A DNA stretch of 64,000 nt. Source: Octopus sinensis. Lineage: Eukaryota. Position 1 is the stretch's first letter. The number at the start of each line of letters is the position of its first letter. The DNA is taken from assembly GCF_006345805.1 (NCBI RefSeq), contig NC_043006.1:93868001-93932000 (forward strand), read 5' to 3'. The notes under the pieces were generated by a model. It saw only the letters and a list, made by a program, of their open reading frames with translations. It was not told the origin of the DNA and searched no databases. This document shows positions 53,642 through 64,000 of the stretch, piece by piece. Both the position numbers and the translations under genes were made by a program.

Positions 53642-55078
53642 TGTGTGTAAAAACCCTTAGAAGACTGGAAAAAATAGCCACCAATGTTCTACCGAGAATC
53701 GAACCCCCGCCATACACACACGTGTATATCTTGCTACCTCACAGTCAAATGACTAACAATATATCTTCCTTTCTTAGGGCGAAGAGCTGGCAGAAACGTT
53801 AGCACGCCGGGCGAAATACGTAGCCGTATTTCGTCTGCCGTTACGGTCTGAGTTCAAATTCCGCCGAGGTCGACTTTGCCTTTCATCGTTTTTAGGTCGA
53901 TTACGCACTGGGGCCGATGTAATCGACTTAATCCGTTTGTTTGTCCTTGTTTGTCCCCTCTGTGTTTAGCCCCTTGTGAGTAGTAAAGAAATAGGTAATT
54001 TCGCCCGTCGCTTCGTTCCGAGTTCAAATTCCGCCGAATGAATTACGTACCAGTTGAGTAGTGGGTCGATGTAATCGACTTAACCCCTTTCCTCAAAGTT
54101 CAGGCCTTGTGCCTATAATAGAAAGGTTTATTAATCTCAAGTTAATCTTATTATTATTATTAATCTTAAGACAATTTTGCTTGTCCCCTTTTCAGTCTTC
54201 CCACCACCTCCATCACTTTATGAGTAACACTGCTCTAGTGTCTTCATTTATTATTTTCAATAATTATTGCTAAGGTTGTGATATTACAAAGACTGAAACA
54301 TTTTTATCCTTTTTGATAGCAACCCGCCCAAAACCTCCTCTGGTTCTGTGGTGCAAACTTCATATTTAATGTTATCTAAATGGTTGTATTTACCCGTGTA
54401 TAAGTTGCGTTGTCTTATACTCTATTTTAAATGGTGAGGTGCCACTTATACCGTCGGGTAAGTTTAAAATATGAAGGGGAAAATATTCATACCAAGATTT
54501 AACATTAAATTAGGCGTGTAGTTTATTCATAAGAAAATACAGTAAAACTGTCCGTCAAGATTTCTTGTTCTAAACAAAAGCTTAATTACGAAAGAAGTAC
54601 TTTACTAAATTTATCGTTATTTTCAAAATTAATTGGAATAGAGACAGGAATATGGTAACGCGAATTAAAGCATTTAAAGACAGCAATCCATCCTTACAAG
54701 CTAGAGCAGTAAATGAATTGCAATTGGAAATGGGAGAAGAAGGTTCCAGTCATGTTGGATCTTGAGGACTTACAGTCAACTATTGAGACTGGCACTCCGT
54801 CGGTTTCGACGATGATCACTGTTGCTGTTGATCCGATTAACAGAACATCCTGCTCGTGAAATTAACGTGCAAGTGGCTGAATATTCCGCAGACACGCGTA
54901 CCCTTAACGTAGTTCTGAGGGAGATTTAGCATGAGAGAATGTGACATGGGTGGCCCCTTTGAAATACAAGTAGAAGCTGAGTGGAGTGGGACAACGTGAA
55001 ATAAGCTGAAGGATACAACACGCCGCTGGGAATGGAACAGTTGACGATGAAGAATTGTCAAATCTACATTACGTCGAC

Positions 55079-55432
55079 CATTGATTCTCAACCGGGGTCC
55101 AAATGGCCCTTGAGAGTTCATATAAGAGTTTCGGGGGTTCGCGTAATAAAATAATAAATTGGGGGGGGGGTCCACAATAATATTTTAAGGGCCCCTGAAA
55201 GTATTTTGTTTTAGATGTATGTATTGGTATGTATTGCAAGAAACAGCTGTGTTTCTTCCTTTAACATTTTACAAAGTTCAACCTACACAAGATAATGGGT
55301 GAAAAGCAAAATAGGAATTTTGAAAGCAGTTTCTATAAAACTATATTTTAAACATCGAATGGCAATGGGGTTCACCAGAATGAAATCGTAATCAAAGGGG
55401 TCCATGGATAAAAAATGGTTGAGAAACCATCG
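55079..55432. mobile_element. hAT-type MITE
   Basis: Ends CATTGATTCTCAACCGGGGTCC and GGTTGAGAAACCATCG resemble hAT/Charlie-type termini. Confidence 0.5.
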
Positions 55433-55725
55433 AATATAACAAAGTTCCTTTGGCTATAAAGGACGCCGAAATTGTGAGTTACTTCCCCTGACACTTAAAC
55501 CTCTCCGCTGTACGCGTTGTGCCAAATTCTTTTTAATCTTATCCTTAGCTCTTAATTTTAAACCAATTTTAAAAGGTGTTTTTTTGGGGGTTTTTTCTCT
55601 CTTTTCATTTTAACATTTTTTGCTTTTTGCATTTTTTCCCCTCCTTGCTAAACTAAAACTATATACAAGTGCATTTTTAAATATGTTCAGTTTCCGAATA
55701 AGCAGGGCCCAACTGGTATCTCGTA

Positions 55726-56034
55726 CAATAATCCCTCACCATATCGCGGTTCACCTATCGCGGTTCACCTATCGCAGTTCACCTATCGCGGTTCACCTAT
55801 CGCGGTTCACCTATCGCGGTTTACCTATCGCGGTTCACCTATCGCGGTTTATTATTTAAGCTTACGTTGATTCCTCCGTGCTGTTGCTTTGCATTTATAA
55901 TAAAGTAAATATAAACAAAATATAAAAATAATAATAAAATAAACAGTACAGTACTGTTTCTATTTCGCGGATTTTCACCTATCGCGGGGAGCGAGGTATG
56001 GAACGTAACAACCGCGGTAATCGTGAGATTACCG
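55726..56034. mobile_element. pogo/Tigger-type MITE containing a 14-bp tandem array
   Basis: TA-flanked imperfect TIRs. Seven full units of TCACCTATCGCGGT at 55751-55848 plus a partial unit. Confidence 0.65.
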
Positions 56035-56549
56035 TACCTGTTCAATCAACTCAAAATTTTTCTTTTTCTCTTTGTTTTCTATTTTTAATTACTGATTTCA
56101 TTTTATTGACGAACCAGCTTCAGTTGATCAAACAAGCTGAGATGGAAAACTTTGAGTTTCTAATGAGTAACGAAAAGGGAATTTTCTTAAGCTCACAGCC
56201 ATGCCTTGTTGGTAGGCACAGGTATGGCTGTGAGCTCATTTTGCAACCACGTGCCTTCAGGTTCAGTTCCACTTTGTGGTACCTTGGGTAAGTGTCTTCC
56301 ACTATGGTCCAGGGGGTCACCAATACCTTGAAATGAATTTGCTTCCCAACCACATCGATCTGGGTTCAGCCCCACTCCGTGGCATCTTGGACACCTCGGG
56401 CCAACTAAAGCCTTGGGAATGGATTTTGCACACGGAAACTGAAAAAAAGTCTGTCGAGTATGTGTGTGTGTGAGAGAGAGAGAGAGAGAGTGTGTATGTG
56501 TGTGAGAGAGAGAGAGAGAGAGTGTGTATGTGTGTGAGAGAGAGAGTGA

Positions 56550-56596
<47 letters not shown>

Positions 56597-57130
56597 GGGG
56601 AGAGAGAGTGTGTGTGTGTGTGTCTTTGTGTATGTTGCCCGCTACTACTCGACAACCGGTGTTGGTGTGTTTACGTCCCTGTCACTTAGCAATTCAGCAA
56701 AAGTGACCGATAGAATAGGTACCAGATCTTTAAAAAATATGCACTGGGGTCGATTTGTTCGATTAAAAGTTCTTCAGGGCGGTGCCCCAGCATGGCCACA
56801 GTCTAATGATTGAAACAAGTAAAAGATAACCATTTATAATTTGCTTTCAGACAACAATAGCCACAGATCAATACAAGTTCAGAAGCAGAAGATAAATGCA
56901 GCGAAGTCAACATAAGGAAAATGAGCAATTGTCTCTTGCTTTAGTCTCGAAGCGACTAATGCCTCGTGTGTCGATTTGGTAGATGGAAACTGTGTCGAAG
57001 ACACTTGCTCAAGGTGCCACGCGGTGGGACTCGAACTGGAAACCACTGAGTTGAAGAATACGACAATTTCTTTTCCTTCATTCGGTTCGAACGATTGTAA
57101 AGATTCTTGAGAAAAGATAAAACTCTAATC

Positions 57131-57505
57131 CAGTAGAACCTCACAGTACGAGTGTTCCATTGTACGAGTAATTTGCTGTACGAGCCGAGACTCGTGCGAA
57201 TTTTTGTCTTGAAGTATAAGCGGAAATCCGCAGTACGAGCACACAAGTCTTTAAAAGTAATTCAGTTAATAAAAGCAGTTTACAGATTTTTGCATTCTCT
57301 TTTTTGTAATTGTCAGTTTTACTTCTAACTACACCTTTTCTGTTTTAAAACCATAAAATATTATTTTTGAGTGGTTTTGAGGGGCTGGAACGGATTAATT
57401 ATACTTTAAGTAATTTCAATGGAGAAAATTGATTTGTAAAACGAATAAATCCTAAGAGGAGTTTGGTCATGGAACGAATTAAACTCGTACTGCGAAGTAT
57501 CACTG
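57131..57505. mobile_element. pogo/Tigger-type MITE
   Basis: CAGTAGAACCTCACAGTACGAG ... CTCGTACTGCGAAGTATCACTG imperfect inverted ends. Confidence 0.6.
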
Positions 57506-57654
57506 TGTTAGAAATATCAAGTTTGCAAGTTAACTGCGCAAACAGAACTTGTCATGTGGTGTCTATGGTAAACAAAAACTAATTGCGAACCAATGAGGAA
57601 GTATTTGGTTCAGAGGTTGCCAACCTGGGGTATCTTATTCCTACGTGTGTGTGT

Positions 57655-59085
57655 GTGTTTATTATTTCTTCATTACCCACAAGGGGCTAAACATAGAGGG
57701 GACAAACAAGGACAGACATAGGTATTAAGTCGATTACATCGACCCCAGTGCATAACTGGTACTTAATTTATCGACCCCGAAAGGATGAAAGGCAAAGTCG
57801 ACCTCGGCGGAATTTGAACTCACAACGTAACGCAGACGAAATACCGCTAAGCATTTCGCCCGGCGTGCTAACGTTTCTGCCAGCTCGCCGCCTCGTGCGT
57901 GTGTGTTTATGTTCGACTCCCCGCCAGTACTTGGTGCTGGTTTGTTTACATACCCCTAGCATAGCGGTTCGGCAAAAGACACCGATAGAATAAGTATCAT
58001 ACTGGTAAAATACGCACTGGGATAGACTCGTTGGACTAAGCTCTTCAAGGCGGTGCCCCAGCATGGCCACAATCCAATGACGGAAGCATGTAAAAGATAA
58101 AAGATAGAACTAAATTGGATTTCCAGAGACGCATTCAGTTCCAATTTGTCAAATTTCTTTTGGAGATTTTAGGTTTGGAATAAGCAAGAGAAAAGGTTGC
58201 ATGTGGAGGAAGCACTACTGCGCCCCCTAATTCCATCTTCTGTACCATTTGATAAATTAAAAGGAAGGAGACAAATGCCAACCCGTGGACATTACTGTCT
58301 CAAGTGCTACGACTCATACTTACTCCATAGAGTGCAGGTAACCGAGATCACATTCCCGCTGGACAGGACGCTAGTCTGTCACAGGGCAACTCATTTTTTT
58401 ATCAGCTGAGTGGACTGGAGCAACTTGAAATCAAGTGTTTTGCTCAAGAATATACACTTCACTGCTCGGTCCCTAAATCGAAACCACGACCCTGCGAACG
58501 TCAGATCAATACTAACCAGTTGCCCATGCTCTTTGCCAACAACTAAATAACAACAGGAACAAGTACACAGCCAGTTAGAGAACCTCTGTGTGGTTAGTCA
58601 GCTTTGCTAGAAACAGCAGTGAAATCTCTGTAAAACAAAATCACTCCATATCGTCTCAAATATAGAGGAGGTGGGGAAATGCATTGAATAATCTTTTCTA
58701 CACAAGGTCCGAACTTGGGGGGGGGCGGTGCGCAGTCGATCAGATCGACTCCAGTGCGTAACTGGTACTTATTTAATCGACCCTGAAAGGATGAAAGGCA
58801 AAGTCGACCTCAGCGGAATTTGAACTCAGAACATAGCGGCAGACGAAATACCTATTTCTTTACTACTTACAAGGGGATAAACACAGAAGGGACAAACAAG
58901 GACAGACAAACGGTTTAAGTCGATTACATCGACTCCAGTGCGTAACTGGTTCTTAATTTATCGACTCCGAAAGGATGAAAGGCAAAGTCGACCTCGGCGG
59001 AATTTGAACTCAGAACATAGCGGCAGACGAAATACTGCTAAGCATTTCGCCCGGCGTGCTAACGTTTCTGTCAGTTCACCGCCTC
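57655..59085 (-). mobile_element. Cluster of family B SINEs (57655-57892; two in tandem at 58700-59085) plus other SINE pieces
   Basis: Reverse complements of the 13850-14073 family. Confidence 0.75.
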
Positions 59086-59589
59086 AAATGCATTTGATAA
59101 TGAACTAACCCAGTTGTCATAATGTTTCAAATAAAATCAAGGACAGTCGGAGACGATGTGGGTCTTGCACATAAACAACAGGCGTTTTAACTGTTGTACT
59201 GAAATACGCATTTAATAAAACGAACCTTGAAACTCATCACGTTCACGGAATATAAGCAAAAACAAAACAACTGATAACGTACAGCAGGAAATAAACAGCA
59301 TTTGGCAACTATACAGGGTAGATGAGAGAAAGAGAGGGAGAGAGGGAGCACTCAAGCAGGTAAGCAGGCAGGCAGACAGATAGACAATCAGGCACAACAG
59401 ATAGATAGTGTGTGTGTGAGAGTCTTTGTGTGTGGTCGTTGAGGTGTTTTCATTTGAATGTAGCAATTTCAGTTGTGAAGAACGTCAAAGCTTCAGATGC
59501 CGAATGTTTTTGTTTGTTGGTGTGTCTGGCTCTCTATTTTTATCAAAATGGGATTGACGTGAATTTAAACAGGCTTCTAGTTTATGCGT

Positions 59590-59605
59590 GGCACACACAC
59601 ACACA

Positions 59606-59636
<31 letters not shown>

Positions 59637-59696
59637 TCACACATGTATGTACGTATGTATATATATGTATATATATATATATGTATATATATATAG

Positions 59697-59742
<46 letters not shown>

Positions 59743-59972
59743 GTATATATATATAATATATATACATATATTAAATAAAATACAAAATGGGACAAGAACG
59801 CAAACCATCCAGACAGATGATACAAAGAAAACAAGGACGGGTCATTCGGAGTTTTCTTTCCTCAGTCGAGTTCAGATTATCTTTGCAATTTCGACTAGTT
59901 ATACTCGAGATTGCTCCAATCTGGCCTGTCCCAAGGAAAAACTTAGCTGAGAGCATTAGGTTCATTGGAAGA

Positions 59973-60003
<31 letters not shown>

Positions 60004-60352
60004 ACACACACACACACACTCACACATGTATGTACGTATGTATATATATGTATATATATATATATATATATAATATATATATATATATATAATATATATG
60101 TATGTATGTATGTATGTATGTGTATATATATATAATATATATACATATATTAAATAAAATACAAAATGGGACAAGAACGCAAACCATCCAGACAGATGAT
60201 ACAAAGAAAACAAGGACGGGTCATTCGGAGTTTTCTTTCCTCAGTCGAGTTCCAGATTATCTTTGCAATTTCGACTAGTTATACTCGAGATTGCTCCAAT
60301 CTGGCCTGTCCCAAGGAAAAACTTAGCTGAGAGCATTAGGTTCATTGGAAGA
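59590..60352. repeat. Tandem duplication, unit about 379 bp
   Basis: The unique block TAAATAAAATACAAAATGGGAC...GGAAGAATAC starts at 59772 and again at 60151; the copies differ by a 1-nt indel. Confidence 0.9.
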
Positions 60353-60403
60353 ATACACACACACACACATATATATATATATACATATATATGTATATAT
60401 ATG

Positions 60404-60478
<75 letters not shown>

Positions 60479-60506
60479 ACGTATATATATACATATACAT
60501 ATATAC

Positions 60507-60607
<101 letters not shown>

Positions 60608-60609
60608 TC

Positions 60610-61350
60610 TACCCCATGGACAGCTGAGAATAAAGACAACCCTGTGACTGCAATGTCTTTCAGCCAAGAAGTGGGGGTGGTCTGCCTCTTTTACGTCTGC
60701 CGTTCACCTTGCCAGTTATGATCGTTCACCCAAGTCCATCCCGGCGCATGACGTGGCCAAAGATCCGTAGCTTCCGCTTCATGATGTTTCGCAACCGAGC
60801 TTTTCTAGTACCCAGTTGTTCGTCCTTCTCTCCTCCGTCCACGACACTCTAAGGATTCTGCGGTAACACCACATTTCAAAAGCGCCCACTCTTTTCTCGT
60901 CTGCCTTCAATATTGTCCACGACTCGCAGCCGTACGTCGCAATAGAGAAGCCTTATCTTCAGCAGCATTGACACGCTACGACTCTTCCAGATGTTCTCCA
61001 TATCTTGTACCGCTTGCCTCGCTATCGCGAGTCTTCTCCATATCTCTGGTATACTTGATCCACTGGTGCTGATTGTGGATCCCAAGTACACAAAATCATC
61101 GACTTATTGAATCATCTCTCCGTCTACGGTGAAGTCACCTTGGTCTGTCCTGTACTTATCCACCACCAAGATCTTTGTCTTCTTTACATTCAGGAACAGG
61201 TCACTTTGTGCACTCATGTCTTTCACTTTGCGTATCATCTGCAGCAATTCGTCCTAGCCGTTACTTATGAGGGTTGTGTCATCAGCGTATCTCAGATTGC
61301 ACAGCCTTTCTCTGCCAATCTGCACAGTACCGTCGTAGTTCTCTCTGCAT
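60610..61350 (-). mobile_element. 5'-truncated RTE-clade LINE
   Basis: Minus frames NLRYADDTTL..LNVKKTK and YLGSTISTSG..EIWRRLAIAR..IWKSR. Confidence 0.8.
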
Positions 61351-61387
61351 ACATACATATCTATATCTACATATATATATATATATA

Positions 61388-62230
61388 CTAGCAGAATTGC
61401 CCGGCGTTGCTCGGGGCTGAATTGCTTGAAAGTACTGTTAATGATTGCACTGAATTATGATGATTATTCAGGCACATATTGATATAAGTTTACGGTGGGA
61501 GATAAGGACTTAACGATCAAACGTGTGCCATTGCATTGTTTTGGGGGAACCAAATTTCTGATGAACATTATAGGGACACCAACTTTAAGTTTGAGAAAGT
61601 GTGGTGGTAGTCCGGGGTGCTCAAAGGAATTGATTACCTCTATTGGATAGTTGATGACGTCCTCTGGGTCAGGAATTGTATCGATAGACTGATATACATA
61701 GACTTCCCCAGGAATGAGTTTTAGCATTTCATCATTAATATGGTGAACAGTTTTATTCCTCGGGGCCAGTATAGCCTTTTTGCCAATCCAATCCATATTC
61801 TGATAATTAGCTTGTAGATCTGGGAACACTGCATCTCTGAGATCATAAGGCGTCTTAACAATGGTACAAATGGAATCGATGGCAATATTACCATTTTCAT
61901 CCCCTGGTATTTTGCCTTCGCCAAGTGCAAGGAGGGTGTGAGGAAATGCTGCTGATGTGATATTACGTCGCATATGAGCACGCATATTGGTGTGAAGTTT
62001 GAGAGTTACTTCCCTTTATTAAAAAATATGCATTAAAATGGAAAAAATGATGGTAAATTATTTGTAAAATCATAGACTCATCGTAGACGCGCGCTAATAC
62101 CCAGAAAGGCTCGATATGAATCACGACTATAAGATACCCGGTTTTGGTTAAACTGCATCGCAGAATGTGGGAATAGTTAGGAATCTAAATTGGAGTAGAC
62201 AGACACACAACCTTTCTTTTATATATAAAT
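61388..62230 (-). mobile_element. Internally deleted Helitron (family A termini) carrying a RepHel PIF1-like helicase fragment (ORF 61464-61985)
   Basis: Same termini as 1851-2246 and 37799-38108. The ORF has AILAPRN, LKLKVGVPIMFIRNL and CNGTRLIV, in the same orientation as the element. Confidence 0.9.
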
Positions 62231-62901
62231 ATTTTCGTCCTAAAAAATTTTGTATGGATTGAATGGTTACCTCTATGGAAATATATACACGCACATTATA
62301 CATACATGTGTGTATAGATACATTTAAATATCTATATACACTTTTGGGCGATCTTTCTGTTTCTTAGAGATTACTTTAGATCTTATTTTCGTCCTAAAAA
62401 ACTTTGTGCAGAGTGAATGGTTACCTCTATGGAAATATATACACACACGTTATACATACATGTGTGCATAGATGAATATATAAATACATTTATATATCTA
62501 TATACACTTTTGGGCGATCTTTGTGCTACTTAGAGATAACTTTAGATCTTATTTTCGTCCTAAAAAACTTTGTATGGAGTGAAAGGTTACCTCTATGGAA
62601 ATATATACACACACATTATACATACATCTGTGTAAAGATGAATATATAAATACATTTAAATATCTATATACACTTTTGGGCGATCTTTCTGCTACTTGTA
62701 TATACTTTAGATCTTATATTCGTCCTAAAAAACTTTGTATGGAGTGAAAGGTTACCTCTATGGAAATATATACACACACATTATACATACATCTGTGTAT
62801 AGATGAATATATAAATACATTTAAATATCTATATACACTTTCGGGCGATCTTTCTGCTACTTGGATATACTTTAGATCTTATATTCGTCCTAAAAAACTT
62901 T
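62231..62901. repeat. Tandem array of four ~165-bp units plus a partial unit
   Basis: Units start at 62231, 62385, 62551, 62716 and 62881 (AT(T/A)TTCGTCCTAAAAAA...TTTAGATCTT); lengths 154, 166, 165, 165. Confidence 0.95.
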
Positions 62902-62939
62902 CCTGTCACACACTCACGCACACGCACCCTCATACACAC

Positions 62940-62977
<38 letters not shown>

Positions 62978-63091
62978 ACACGCACACACACACACACACA
63001 CGTTAGCTTACAATTTTATTTATATATTTGCGTGTCTATGTGTGTAAAGAGGAAGTGGGAATGCAGAGTGAAAGAGTCAGTCACTACAAAA

Positions 63092-63646
63092 AGTGAATTA
63101 CTTTCACTTTATTCGTTGCACACTGTGTGTGTGCGTGTGCGTGTGCTGTAGCCGACACTAAGAAAAGCATTTGACTTATACACCACAATGTGAGTTTTTC
63201 TAAATTTTGCTTAATTGGGGTTGAAATTTTAAAAACTGGACTGGCAAGACCCGATGCATCTACTCTTAAAAATGCTAGGTAAATTGTAATTGAAGGAATC
63301 CTATATTGTAGATTTCTATAAAGACAAAGGGAGGCAGATAAAATCTGCCTTTTATAATAAGAGATATATATATCTCTTATTATAAAGGCAGATTTTATCT
63401 GCCTCCCTTTGTCACTTATAGAAATCTACAATATAGGATTTCTTCAATTACAATTTACCTAGCATTTTTAAGAGTAGAATGCATCGGGTCATGCCAAGTC
63501 CATTTTTAAAATTTAAACTCCAATTAAGCAAAATTTACAGAAAACTCACATTCTGGTGTGTATGTCAAATGCTTTTCTTAATGTGGTTTACACCACACGC
63601 ACACGCACACACACAGTGGGCACGAATAAAATGAAAGTAATTCACT
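63092..63646. repeat. About 555-bp imperfect palindrome formed by two head-to-head copies of a Helitron-like 5' end
   Basis: Centre at 63368/63369 (AAGAGATATATATATCTCTT). Both arms begin TCTCTTATTATAAA(A)GGCAGATTTTATCTGCCTCCC and align for about 275 bp with scattered differences. Confidence 0.85.
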
Positions 63647-64000
63647 GTGTGTGTGTGTGACAGGTAGACAATAGAATGCGATGGCGATGGCGATGTAATA
63701 TTTGTTTCTGTCTATCACGCTGATAGATACATGAGTAAAATGTATGACAAGCTAAGAGATAAGAGTGAGTGAAAATGTTCTTGGAAGAGAGTAAATAGCG
63801 AGAGTGATTTGAGGAAGACTTTACATTAATAACCGTAGTGGCTTGTATATATATATATATAATATACATACATAAGACAGTAAGGTGTGATTTGAGGGAG
63901 ATTTGGCTGCTATTTCTACCATGTCTAGCTGCCATGTAGGGGTCTCCCTCATAGGCTCATACATACATATATACATAGATAAGACAGTAAGGTGTGATTT

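Noticed and set aside
59825-59870. Hammerhead-like CTGAGGA...GAAT on the minus strand
   Set aside because: GAAA is replaced by GAAT and no convincing stem I or stem II can be drawn.

Overview
Repeat-dominated animal genomic DNA, most likely an octopod cephalopod. This is inferred from three tRNA-derived SINE families and the very dense AT/CA/TATG/GATA microsatellites. Two host-gene signals are supported. One is a 144-bp phase 1-1 coding exon of a TMIE-family (transmembrane inner ear protein) gene at 2997-3140 (+); its upstream exons are not found in the window. The other is an intronless non-RD Ser/Thr-type kinase at 48159-49024 (+), broken by one frameshift between DFG and APE. The rest is mobile DNA: many Helitrons (TC...hairpin-CTAG, one with a PIF1-helicase fragment), a full-length dead mariner, a DD37D remnant, hAT remnants and MITEs, Tx1/L1-like, R4/Dong-like and RTE LINE fragments, and Penelope-derived pieces carrying minimal hammerhead-ribozyme motifs. 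The most unusual structures are a tRNA-headed element with a hammerhead tail, a 744-bp tandem duplication bounded by hammerhead motifs that contains a 162-bp near-perfect hairpin, several long inverted repeats, and a 165-bp tandem array. All family assignments come from motif recognition by eye, and repeat boundaries are approximate. Nearly all ORFs in the supplied track are microsatellite or repeat artefacts.
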